Below are positions 1 to 12,500 of a DNA stretch of 43,426 nt, piece after piece. The notes under the pieces were generated by a model. It was not told the DNA's origin, searched no databases, and saw only the letters and a program-made list of their open reading frames with translations. A program made the translations under genes and the position numbers. Numbering within the stretch: position 1 is the first letter of the stretch; every line of letters starts with the position of its first letter. The DNA comes from Mesotaenium endlicherianum. Its lineage: Eukaryota. The stretch is taken from positions 47,427-90,852 of the forward strand of contig WELA01002918.1 in assembly GCA_009602735.1 (NCBI GenBank). Reading direction: 5' to 3'.

Positions 1-352
1 CCCCTTTGCCGCACATCTCATACTCCAACCTTCGCAACTGAAGTACTCGTCATGACCCTTGCCCCCCCACCTCCACCCCATTGCCTTCCCCCACCCACAC
101 ACTCTCTCATAGACACACGTAGTCACGCATACGCACTAACACATGTTCTCTCACACATATTCACTCACGCATAACGCACTCACACGTAGTCACTTACACA
201 TGCACACGCTCACACATCACAGACGAGCATGCATGCTGGTTCTTGACACCCTTCATGTCGCCTGCTGCCGCCCCCTCCACGTCCCTCTCACCGTCTCCTC
301 CCTCGCCGGCATTGCTCCTCGCTCACCACCTGGCGCCACCTGGCGCATGCAG

Positions 353-432
353 GCTCCGTCGAGAACGTGATGGCCAATCACGCGAGCGTCAAGTGGAAGT
401 CCGTCCGAGAGGTGACCTTCTCGTCCCACTGA
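353..432 (+). CDS. Probable terminal coding exon of a plus-strand gene starting left of the window; (G)SVENVMANHASVKWKSVREVTFSSH*, product unknown
   Basis: Pyrimidine-rich intron-like sequence then acceptor CATGCAG (AG 351-352); 23 of 25 full codons end in G/C; TGA at 430-432; followed by GT-repeat-rich UTR-like sequence. Confidence 0.5.
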
Positions 433-1877
433 TTCCACGCTTTTTGCTGGTCTTGATACACGTGAGGACAGCTGGACGCTCGGAATGTGCGCCTGACACG
501 TGTCGCACGTATGGTGGACCTGTTGCCGATGCATGAAGGGTGTCTCCTCCGCATGCATTGCCTTGAGCTCGAGAGTTACCGTGAGATGTTAAATCCCTCG
601 TCGTTTGTGTTTTTGTCGTGTATGCTCCCTTCATGTTCTTCCACCTCAGTGGTTAGTCACGGCCTTGGAATATGCAGCATCTTGCTTGGTTGTATTTGTG
701 GATATGTATAACACACAAGTACGTATATATTCCACACTGTACCCTACGATGTTGCCGTCAGATCCTGTGAAAAATGTATGCATAACGTGTGTGTGTGTGT
801 GTGTGTGTCTGCGTGTGCGCGGCGGCGTGTGTGTGCCTGGGTATTTGTCCATGCCCGCGTGTCTAGGTGTGTGCGTGTGTGTGTTGTATGCTTACTTACT
901 TTTGTGTGCACGCGTTTGTTCTCGTGTGTGTGCGAATCTTCATAGTCCAGTTCATACATATCTAGACTTACACGCGAAGTTATAGTTGTGTTCAAAAAGA
1001 TTATAGTTGTATTTTCCTATATTCAAGATATTTATCCTGTAGGCTTGATCACGTAAAATCATCCACTGTGTTGGTGGTGTGGCTGCTGCTTGTGAGCAAT
1101 ACTTTTTCTCGCAGGCTCTTCTGCGGGAAGTAGATGACCTCCCAACTTACAAACGGCTCGTGAGTAAACCCTAAAGCCAAAACCCCTTTGAGTCTGCGCT
1201 AGATCGGTGTGTTGGAGGATGTGCATGATATTCCCGTGAGTGTGAGCATGCAAGCGTGAAGCTGCAAGCGCGAAGCCGCAAACATGGAAATGCAAATGTA
1301 AGGGGAACGCTAATGTGGAGGAAATTATCACAATTGCTGCACATGCAATCCTCTATTTGTGTGTGCTTTAGCCTCTTTCTTTTCACTTTTTTCCCTTTTT
1401 TGAGGTTTGCGGCGCGTGCGCTCCCCCCCTCGCCTCCACTCTCGGCCTCCATGTTCGCTTTGCCGACTCAAGGCGCTTCTTGCTTCCTTGGACCTCCTTT
1501 TCTGATTCGCTTCTCATTCTTTATTAAAAACAAAACAAAACAAAACAAAAAAGTTATGCTTTTCAGCTTTGGTCCCTTCCTACCCTACGGTCTTTCTGCC
1601 TTTGCAATTTGGGCGTATACGCAGTGGCAAGCACACAGTCTCTCTCTTGTTGCAAACTACGTTCACATGTGGCCAGCTGACTCTGCTCCGCCCGCCCCGC
1701 TCTGCTCTGCACCAGCAGTAGCAGGCCCCTTCTTCCCATATATCATCGTTTCTCACCTACCAAATACTCCTCAGTGCCGTTAGAAGAGCTTTCTTGATTT
1801 CGTCGTTCACCACTTTTTCTTTGCATCATTTTCTTGAACTCACAGCGTTTTCTTTTCCACTTCTTTTCTGACGCCAG

Positions 1878-2447
1878 GTGGCACTCAAGTGCAACCTGCC
1901 CGCTTTTATGCTGCCCGATTTCTCCTGGGACCACCTCCGGGTCACCACACCCCTCGTACGTTCAAGCACTAAACCCTACGCTCACTCGAAAACCCAAACC
2001 CTGAACCCCTAACCCCTGTGCCTTCAACCCGAAACCAGAACCCTACCGGATCAAAACCCTAGCTCCACATCAAAGTGTCCTACTGCCCGCCTGCTCAGTC
2101 CCCCACACCTCATGCGAGGAAACGCCAGCTGTCAGGGGAGATGTGCATAGATGTCGCATGTTCTGAAGGCATACGCCTTGGCTGGGTTTTTTGGTGTTTT
2201 GGCTGCACTCAGGTGTCGCTGAGTGCGTTGTTTGATTTGAGTGAGACGATTGCCAATGGCACGATACGGTTGATACTATACAAATGATATCTGATAGGAG
2301 AGACTCGCGCAGTGTGTTGTGCATTATAGGAATGGCAGCCATCCTTTCCTGTTCTTGAACGGTGCCACCAGCGTGCACACACGCACACATTTATTTGTGT
2401 GGAGGTGCTTTCCCTGTTGGCATACGCTTCTGTGTGTGTGTGGGAGG

Positions 2448-2478
<31 letters not shown>

Positions 2479-2868
2479 CGTGCGTGTGTTTGTGCGTCAG
2501 TATCTTTGTGTGTGTGTTTGCACGTATCTTCCGATTGGGGGGGGGGAGAGAAAGGAGTTGGCTGATATGTGCTTTACTATCATTGCGAGTGTAATCATCA
2601 TTCTCATTGCATGTGTTACCAAGGATAATTGGAGGGAAGCAGACATGTGTTTGTGGTAAATCCTCCAAGTAAAATTTTCTTTGACACCAACAATGTCTAC
2701 ATGATTCTTTAGCATAAAAGTAATAATTTGAAGTGTCCTGCAATTTGTGTGACGCAGGAGGAAGACGAAGCCAGCCTGTGGGTGCTCTTGGAGGCCCTTG
2801 AGCGTAACGGTGTGACAAGTGGACGCCTCAAATATCAGATTGAAGACATGTGGGTGGCGTACGGGCAG
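1878..2868 (+). pseudogene. Candidate small-exon gene remnant (exons 1878-1955, 2213-2268, 2330-2361, 2624-2655, 2758-2868) with one in-frame TAA
   Basis: AG..GT-bounded segments splice with consistent phases (0,2,1,0) to VALKCNLPAFMLPDFSWDHLRVTTPL/VSLSALFDLSETIANGTIR/NGSHPFLFLNG/*LEGSRHVFV/EEDEASLWVLLEALERNGVTSGRLKYQIEDMWVAYGQ; TAA at 2626-2628; several donors weak; family not recognised. Confidence 0.3.
1970..2062. repeat. Degenerate plant telomere-like / telo-box cluster (AAACCCTA variants)
   Basis: aaaccctacg, aaacccaaaccctg, aacccctaaccc, gaaccctacc and aaaaccctag within ~90 bp. Confidence 0.45.
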
Positions 2869-4502
2869 GTCCGCTCGAGCCGCGTTAGTCGCAGTTTTTC
2901 GTAATTGTGTTCCGTCTCTAATTAAGCACTCAGATCTCGAGATTGGGTAAAATTAGGCTTTCGATCCCAAGTCTATGATTTTTTTTCTTCAAGTTCGAGG
3001 CGGTTGGAGGCGTAGTTGGTGGAGGTCTGGAGATTTGGCAATCGATTCCAAGTCGACGAGTTCTCTTCGTATGATGCGTAACTAGAGGAGGCAATGGGAA
3101 TTTAAGATTCAGGAGCAGCCATGTGGGAGTTGCACGCGCCGCCCAAAAGTAGACAGACTCTGCCCTCCAATGTTTAATGGCCGTGATTTTTCAAAGGCGT
3201 GATCGACACAAGTATTGCTTTGAAATGTAATAAACTTTTGCTTCTACCGCTCAAGGGCTTCAGTAATGCATTCGTTTGCATTGAGCGGAAAGAAAGGAAA
3301 GGCTTGAATCAGCTTGGCAGGAACGTTGCAACGCTAGCTCTGTTCTTTTATCATGTGAGAGATCACCATCCATTCTATGGGTCCTCAAAAATGGTAGGAA
3401 CTTTTCTAATTGCAAGTTGATATATAAGAGGCTGTGATAATTGAATTAATGACCCCCCCTTCTGGTGCTTCATTTAGTGTTGGTTCTGGCTGGCCAAAAG
3501 TAGGACCGGGAGGACACCTCCCGAGTAGGAAAGTAAGGTTCCTAGTCCTTGTTTTCTTGTGCTGACCATTCTTGAGATAATTCAGTCTCAACAATGGCTG
3601 CGATATTCTTTGGCAGGAGGGGCCTCCTCGACCTGGTGGGAGGTTCTCTCCTTGTCCAACCAGTGTCCTCGAGATGGAAAATTGGATGTGGCCAAGCTAT
3701 CCATAACTCTTTATGGCTGCATGCATATCGTGAAAGGCTTCAGCGCTGATACAATTTGCCTTTGCATGATTACGGACCGACATAAATCTGAAAGCCTTAA
3801 ATCACCCCCAAAATATACGCCGTTAATAGTGCCATGTTTTAATGTCAACGAAGTACGCCTGACTGTACATTCTTACTATTGTGAACAGAAAATAGATCGA
3901 TGCACAAAGTGAATGTGCCAACCAAGTACCAATATACCGGTGACATTTGACATGAGAATGCCGCGTTGTTTCTAATGCATGCAATGCAAGCAAGGTAGCA
4001 AATAGACATATTGCAAATTCTGTGGTCCCATTGACGACACAAATGAGCTCTACAGCACCACTTCCGCAAGAGAAAGAGAGAAAAAGAAAGGGAAAAAACA
4101 CGAAAAGCCTCTCAATCTTTGCAAGGGCGGGGTGCATGGGTTGAAAGGGCAAACCACCAACTTTGACGGACACTATTAACGTAATTAACTTTCAACAACT
4201 AAGGAACAGAGACATAAAGAGGGAGACCTAGCGCCCGAGTAAATTAGACCTGGAAGACGACGTTTGCGCCCCAAAGCTTATTGACACGCGATACTCAGAC
4301 GGGCCGAAATAACTTATAGGGCCTTGCTGTCCGGAAAAGGGCCAAGACAGAAAGCAGCTACACTGCTACAAGGAAGGTACACACAATTTGCGCCTCCACA
4401 TCTACCTCTTCTACCTCCCCTTCCCGTTCCTCGCCTCCTCTCTCGCACTAGCTCTACTTTGCTCCTCGTCCCGTCATGCACCTCACATGCGTAAGTCCTC
4501 GA

Positions 4503-4620
4503 GTCAACTCAACCTTAACGTCAACCTAAAGTCAACTCGACCTCAAGGTCAACTCAACCTAGAAGTCATCTCCACCTGGAAGTCAACTCAACGTTACAGT
4601 CGACTCTTCCTTGAAGTCAT
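4503..4620. repeat. Degenerate 17-bp tandem repeat (consensus ~GTCAACTCAACCTNGAA), ~7 units
   Basis: GTC-initiated units at 4503, 4520 (shortened), 4531, 4548, 4565, 4582, 4599, 4616. Confidence 0.75.
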
Positions 4621-6445
4621 CAGGGCCGAGGGCGACTACTAAAGCAGGGAAGCCTCGTTCTGTTGAGGGGAGACTAACCCCCCAGGCCTATTCCTATCCC
4701 TATCCCTACCCCTATCCTTAGGCCTAACCCAAACCCTCACTCAAATCGGCAAAGCGTTTCTGAGACATTACAACTGTGGCAGGAGAGACGGGCTCGGTTC
4801 AGCAATGCGACTCCTAACAACAAATAATAGAAAGGTACTGCCGCCGCCACTACCAACCTTTCCGGGAAGGAAGAAAACTCCCCACCAAGGAAAGTCCAGC
4901 TGAGCCACTGCCCTACAGGTGGGTGATGTCGCCCTGCTTTGCCTGCCACCTGCCTGCAGGGAATTGCGCCACCCGGCGGGTCCCCCCCCTGAAAAAGCCT
5001 CTCACGCAGAAGCTCCGGGCCCCGCCGCCTTCACGGCCGAGACAACGAGATGTACGGTTGTGGGCACCGGTCAAGCCCAGTCACAACAAGTCAAGTCAAG
5101 CTAACCCTCTTCCTCCAGTCCAGAGCCTCCTCCCCACGCACATGGAAGAGCGAGCACAAGACCAGTGGCACGCCCCCTGGCCTATCCTTCCGTCGCTCCT
5201 CATCTCTAGCATCAATTCCTCCCGCATTGCCAGTTGCCCTGCCTGCACAGTTGCTCAGTCACCACAATGATATGGCGCTAGTCTGTTGCTAGGGCGACAC
5301 CTGTGCTGGGACTGGGGGCGCTGGGAGTGGGGGCGCTGGGGGCAGGGGGAGGGGGAGGACCACAGCCAGATGGCAGTGCCTCGGGCTCTAGCTGGCGTCT
5401 CCAAGCCAGGTGGCAGGCAGGCAGGCAGCGCACTATGCCGGCCGCGCCCGATCAACTGCGGATGCGCCCCTCTCGCCCCCTCTTCCTCCCCCGTCCTCTT
5501 CCTCAGTTAGTGCAGAGCTATGTCACCAGAAGAAGGACCTCCCGCACCAGATGGTTGCTTCTAGTCCGCTACCCCTGCTGCCCCTGCTGCTGCTGCTCCT
5601 GCTCCAGCTGCTCCTGCTTCTGTGGCTGCCATGGCTGCTGCTGAGCTTGCCGTGAGCCCTCCTCGCTCTCCAACGCTTCTCCAGTCAGACCGGCCTTCAA
5701 AGCTTGATCCAACTTCCCCTCCTCTCCCCCCCTCCTTGCCGGCACCAGCCTCTTAAGACAGGAAAGGTGGGGAGGAAGGGAGGGGGTGAGGGGGTGAAGT
5801 AAGAGGGGACGGGTGTGCAGCAGTAGCAAGCGAGAGGGGAGTGGCCAGGAGGCCGCATTCCTAGTGCTATCAAAATTGCATGGGAGCCTGCCTGCCCCCA
5901 CTCTCCCCCACCCCTCACCCCTTACGCCTCGTCACAAGCCGTTAAGAGCCCCTACCCCACCTTCCCCTTGCACTCATTCGGAGTCAAATAACAATCCTAA
6001 GCCTGGCTGCGCAGGTGCTCCCTGATGGTGCTCTATGATGGTGCCGTCTCGCCTTTTGCCCGTCTTGGCCATTCCTCTCCCCCCACCAGCGACCCTTGTC
6101 GAGACCACTGCTCGGGCTATAACCTTGATCGCTCTCGCTCGTTCAATCTCCGCCGCTCGCTCGATCGTTCGCTCGTTCGCTCCCCAAAACTCCTCTACCA
6201 AACTCGCACACGCGCTTGCACGAACGCACGCACGCCCGCAGGCATGCTCGCTCTCCTCTTCCCCCTCACACTTCCTGTCCCCTGTCCACTGCCCCCTGTC
6301 CCTTATCCCCTGCCCCTGGCCCCTGCCTCCTGCTTCCTGTCCCTATCTTTCTCGACCAACCAACTGACAGTTTGTCTGACAGACCTGTCTGGCCGTCCGA
6401 CGGTGCAATCGTCCAGACGCCCAATCAAACGATGGACCCGTCCAA

Positions 6446-6671
6446 TCAGTCGCGGGGCACGAGGTCGACCGCCGCCGAGACGTCGTCCAGCTGGAGCGTG
6501 ACGAGCTCCGCCACCTGGCAGCAGTCCAGGTCCAGGCGCGAGTCCAGGTGGTCCCGCGCGTCCAGCAGGAGGGGCAGCGCCAGCCCCCCGTTGCGGCGCT
6601 TCCTCTGCAGCTCCGTTGTCCTCTCCTCCAGGAGGGCCGCGATCGCCACCTCGCTGCAGTCAGCCGAGAGC
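6446..6671 (-). CDS. ANK-AAA gene terminal exon (RLSADCSEVAIAALLEERTTELQRKRRNGGL...VPRD*)
   Basis: Acceptor GGCAG (AG at 6673-6672), phase 2 matching the previous exon; NGGL..LL.DAR..LD.RL motif; TGA at 6448-6446. Confidence 0.9.
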
Positions 6672-9345
6672 CTGCCACGTGCGCACACTCCCAGCCCCAC
6701 CGTCTCAGCGACACGCGCAGAAAAACACTCGCAGCCTGTCCCTCCCTGTCCCTCCCTGTCCCTCCCTGTCCCTCTCTGCCTCTGTCCCTCTCTCTGTCCC
6801 TCTCCGCCTCTGTCCCTCTCTCTGTCCCTCTCTCTGCCCCTCTCCGCCTCTGTCCCTCTCTGTCCCTCTCTGTCCCTCTCTATCCCTCTCTCCGTAACTC
6901 TGTTGGTCATTCTCTGACTCTCAGTCAAACTCCGAGTCACAAGACTCCGTTACAATCAGCCGCACTCTCATACACACACGCTGCAGCACTAGCATTCTCC
7001 CACTCGCACGCTCCCAGCCTCGCTCTCCCATTCTCTGCAACACTGTCACAGTCCGCCAGTCTGCCACGCTCATGCACGCTCTCAACTGCACACCCTCAGT
7101 CAGCTTCTTTGACAGGGAGGAGCATTTGACCGGAGGATTTCACCGGCGACCACACACCCCCTAACCTACCCCCCCTTCCCTTTTCTCCCCCTCCTCCCCC
7201 GCCTATGCTCCACGCGCATGCACGGGCACTGACCATCTTTCCTCCATTGAACTTGCTCAAGGATGTGGACACGAGCATATGCGCACAACATATCACGCGC
7301 ATGACTGGCACACTCTTTCCGACTCAATGGCGAGCTGTTTGCTGGGGGACACCAAGACTATCACACACACACGCACACACACATGCGCACATACACGTGC
7401 ACACATATGCACACATACACACGTCGCGTGGGCATGCGTGAGCCTGCCCGCACACATGCACCCAGTCACGGGTGTGTGCGACGACAGGCAGCAGCGCTCC
7501 CGGTCTCCCACGACTCCCTCCCCCCCTCCCTCTCCCTCTCCCTCTCCCGCACACCGGACGCCGGGGAGGGAGCTCTCCAATCCTAGGCTCCAAATTTTGC
7601 CCTTAGATGTCTTTCTCTCTCTCGCTCTCTCCATCTCCCTCGCACTCTGCGTGACGCGGGAGCGGGGGAGTGGGGAAGGGGCTGTCGGAGGGGCTCTTTG
7701 ACTCTCCCTGGTTCCAGAATTGGGGCGTCGGATTGCGAGCTCCCTCTCTCCCTTGGGCACTCGCTCACGTCCCCCCCCCTCCCCCCCCCCCCNNNNNNNN
7801 NNNNNNNNCACAATCCCCCCCCCCCCCCCCCCCCTCTCTCTCTCTGCGCGAGATTGTCTCACGCACCGGAAGCCGTGGAGAGGGCTGTCGGGCGATTGAC
7901 GGGCCATCTGGAGGTGCACGACGCGCGCGATGTCGAGCGCAGTCATGTCGTCGAACGTGAAGTACTTGGTCACGCGCCGCTGGAAGCCCTCGTTGGCCCC
8001 AAACACGCGCTGCATTGGCTCCGCGTACCCTGCAAGCAGAAAAACGCGCCAGCCCAGCAGCACAAGCGACGGCAAGTCAGCGTCGATTGCTTGCCTCTGA
8101 TACTCTGGGATTGTGGGGCACACACACGCAGCGATGCATCAGCTCGGCATTCCCCGGAGCTCTATAAGCACCAGCAGCGGAAGTCATAAGCACGCATAGC
8201 ATCAGCTCCGCGTAGCAGCCGCAGGCAGCAGGGAAGAGCAGCAGAACGAAGATGACAGGAATGAGGGAGGAAGGGGAGGGGAGGGGACAGAGGGAGGGGG
8301 TGGAGAAAGAGGAGCAGGAAGCGCCTCCCTCCCTCCCCTCCCCCCCGCCCGGCCTCCCTTACTCCTCCCTCTCGGCCTCACTCTCTCTCCCTCCCTCCCT
8401 CCCTCTCCATCCCTTTTTCCCTCTCCCTCCATCTTACCGGCAAAAATGACGACAATGCGGCCGCTGTCCATGACGGACATGATTTCCTCCAGGGCCTCCG
8501 CGCCGTAGTCCTTGTCGTCCGCCTTCTGCGCCGGCATCAGGCGGTACGCCTCGTCCACAAACAGGATGCCGCCCTCCGCCTCTTCAATCTGCGCACAGGC
8601 ACACGCAAAGCAGCTGGAAGTCAGAGCCAGATCGCTGAGAGTCCGGGAATCCGAATGTTGCGGCGTTTGTGCCTGTGGGTGCGTGCGGGTGCGCACATGC
8701 GTGCGCGCCACGGCATGCGTGCGTGCGTGCATGCGCGCGCCTGTGTGGGCGCACATGCACGGGAGAGCAAGCGACTGAGCGAGCAAGGGAGGAAGGGAGC
8801 AAGGGAGGGAGCAAGGGAGGAAGGGAGCAAGGGAGGGAGCAAGGGAGGACCAAGCAAAGGACCGACCAAAGGAGGAAGCGAGCAAGCTGAGGCAGGGAGC
8901 GAGCGGAGCGAGCGAGCCCGGGTGCCTCTCTCTCTCTTTCCCCTTCCACGTACCTTCTTGCGCGTCTTGGGGCCCGTGTGGCCGACAAACTCGCCCACGA
9001 GGTCGGTACGCTGCACTTCCGTGACCTTGTCCGCCGCCAGCACTCCCACCATGTGCAGCAGCTTCGCCATGATCCTCGCCACGCTCGTCTTGCCTGCGAG
9101 GAGAAACATGCACGGCTCACACACCTCACGCCAGTCAGACATGATCATGAGTCAAAGAGGGAGAGAGAGACGTGGGCTGGGAAGGGAGAGAGAGAGCGAG
9201 GGGGGAGAATGAAGGGGAAGAGAGAGAGAGCCAGCAAGAGGGACGCACGTGCGCACACTCGCCTGCAGAGGGGCTCCGCAGAAAGGCCCGTCTGGGGCGC
9301 CAAGAGCAAGCAAGCAATTGAGCACGCTAGCGACAGAGGGAGCGA

Positions 9346-9425
<80 letters not shown>

Positions 9426-9508
9426 NNNNNNNNNNNNNNNNNNNNNNNNNNNNNNNNNNNNNNNNNNNNNNNNNNNNNNNNNNNNNNNNNNNNNNNNNNN
9501 NNNNNNNN

Positions 9509-9593
<85 letters not shown>

Positions 9594-12500
9594 GCAAGCG
9601 CGACGCGCGTGCACGGGCACAAGCAAGACAGCGAGAGAGCGAGAGAGCGAGAGAGCGAGAGGGCGAGAAAGCGCGCGCGAGAGAGGCGCACGCACCAGTG
9701 CCGGGGCTCCCCAGGAAGGCCATGTGGGGCGCCTGGCGCGGCTGCACCTTAACACCGAGCGAGCGCCGCTTCTGGTCCAGCAGCAGGCCCTTGCACCAGC
9801 GCCGCAGCTGCTCCTTGAGCTGAGTCAGCCCCACAATGTGCGCCAGCTCAGCCTCCAGCTCAGCCATTTTGGCCTTGGCGTTCTCCACCGCCTTCTGAGC
9901 CTGCAGGGATGCATGCATAGGCATACGTTAGAAACACATGTTTATATGTAAATGTAGATGTATATATACATATATACACACGCATATGTCTACGCGTATG
10001 CGCACATGTACACACAAGGATGTAATATAACACACGATTCAAGATGCTCGCGCAACCAACAAAGGCTGAGGCACCTGTGATACGCACGGTGTGAGCAGAA
10101 ATACCGGAAAGCAGACCTGCCACACTGGAGAGTCGGCGACTCATGTGAGGACATGTGTGTCTATGTATACGTGCCTCCCAGGTGGCAGAAATCCAGAACC
10201 AAGCAATTGGCCCACCTGCCAGATGTCAGCACACGGCACCCAAAAGCCTGAAGGAGGCGTCGCATGCGCTCAGTCGGATCACTCACACTCCAATCACACA
10301 CACTCAAACCACTCACACGCAAACCACTTGCCCTCGAGCCACGTACGCTCGAATCGCATACCGTCCAATCAACTTTGCTGGAATATCACACACACACACA
10401 CACTCGAAGCACTCAAACTCGGACGAGACACACCCGGACCACATACGCTCGAACCTCACACACTCGTCCGCTCTCACAACGACGAACACAAGCCTGCACT
10501 GCCTGCATGCACTGGGTTCCTCCGTCGTCTGCGCCTGCAGAAGATACAAAGACGCACACACGCTCTTTCCCACTCTTTCACACGCTTGATTTCGCCTACC
10601 AATGACCAAGAGCAGGGAAAGCTGAACCTGAGAGGGGGACAGAAATGAGAAGGGGAGCGAGGGGGGGGGCGGAGAGGGAGGAGGAAGGAGCCAGGAGACG
10701 AAGAGGGAGGAGAGGGGGTGGCGAGGAGGGCATGGCAAAGACAGAGAGAGAGGGAGACACAGAGACGGAACGGGATGGCACAAGGAAGAGCGCGGGCGAG
10801 AGCAAGAGCAAGAGCAAGAGCAAGAGAGAGTAAGAGAAAGCAAGGAGCAAGAGCAAGGGAGAGCATGGGGGAAGAGGGACAGGGAGAGGGAGAGACAGGG
10901 AGGGTGGGAATAGGGATGCTGCTGCCTCACCGTGGCCACGGACTGCTGGTCCAGGTGGCGGTTCAGGAGCGACAGCAGTTTCTCCGTGCTGGGAGCTCGC
11001 GCCAGCTGGTTGATCGGCGTCTTCTTGTCCTGCTCAGCGTCAGACGCGACACATATCCAGCCGTCCACCTTGACAGCTCGTCAGCAGCAGGAGCGGGTGT
11101 GCGCGCGCACATGCCTGTGCGTGTGCGTAAGTGCGTGCACACGTACGTGCGAGCGCGCTCTCGTGCGATTCTTCCCCCCTTCTTTCTAATTGTTTGTTTA
11201 ATAGGGAGGATGAGCGGACAGCCTGGCGCACGAATGCACAATGAAGCAGATAACACGCATGTGTGGATGCACACACACACACGCACAGAGAGACTAAAAA
11301 GAAAGAACACACCCACACACAGAGACATACACACACAGAGACCCAGAGACACACATGCATGCAAAAATGATTGGACGAGGTAAAAGACCGCAGGCGCAAG
11401 CACAATGGTGGCACTGGACAAGATCAAGGGTGGTGTACCTGCGCGCGAGTGCGGCAGGGGTCAAAGGGGAATGGAGAGGGGGGAAGATGCGAAGGAGGGG
11501 GCACAAAGGACAGAAAGAAGAGGAGAGGTGAGGAAAGGGAATGGAGAGGGGAGGAAAGGAAAAGGGGGGACCACCTTATCCAGGGCGGACAAGTCAGCGC
11601 GATGCTCCAGCAGGACCTCCACAGCTGAGGTATCCTCTGACCTGGCGGCGGACCACACTGCCAGGTGGAGCGGCGTCATGCCGTTCTGCGAGGAAGCCGG
11701 AAGCCGATAGAAAAGAAGAGCACGAAACCACCGCAGCCACCGGTGAGCACCAAATGCATAGAGAGAGAGAGAGGGAGAGGCAGAGGGAGAGGGAGAGGGA
11801 AAGGAACGAGTTCAGACAGAGGGGCGGCGCATGCGAGCGCGTACGAGCAAGCGCGTGCGCGGGCGGAAGAGAGCGCATGCATTGTTGTTGGCAGGCACGC
11901 ATGCTCAACGCTTGTGCACGCGCGCACGCTCGCGTATGCGCGCACACGCGCGCGCGCTCTTGAGTGTGCACATGCCAATGCACTACACGCGCACGCGCAT
12001 CCCCGTGCATGCCACCACTCACACGCACACATGCGCGCGCACACGCCACGCGTCTCACTGGCACAAGGCAGCCTTGACAATGATGCCTCCCCCCCAAGCC
12101 GCAGTCAGAGCAGCCAGGTGTCATTCGGCTCATGAGAGAAAAAGCCGGTCCCGACACGACGATTACCTTCAACGCACAACGTTCCTTTCCCACTCCGGCT
12201 CATTCTGCTCATTCCGGCTCATACGCACCCTCCTTCTTTCTCTCTTTGTTCTACTCTCCTTCTCCTCTCCCTCAGCGGCCAGAGGCTCCGAGATAGTGTT
12301 CTTTGTTTCCTTCTTCTTCTTCGTCTACTTCTTCTTCTTCTCCGATTCCGTCAGCCAATAGAGATACCGCGGGAGCTCAAGGGGGGTCCGGGCGCATGCA
12401 GGCCGGCAGCGTCAAATCTGATATCAGTCACGTGTGCATGCTAATCACTGCCTCTCTGCGCTCTAGATGGGAGGAAAAGGGCCTTAACTCCCGGGGTGGG

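Noticed and set aside
5255..6445. Overlapping GC-rich ORFs including a polyQ-like stretch (5569-5901)
   Set aside because: Low complexity, no motifs or convincing splice structure; likely 3' UTR or intergenic
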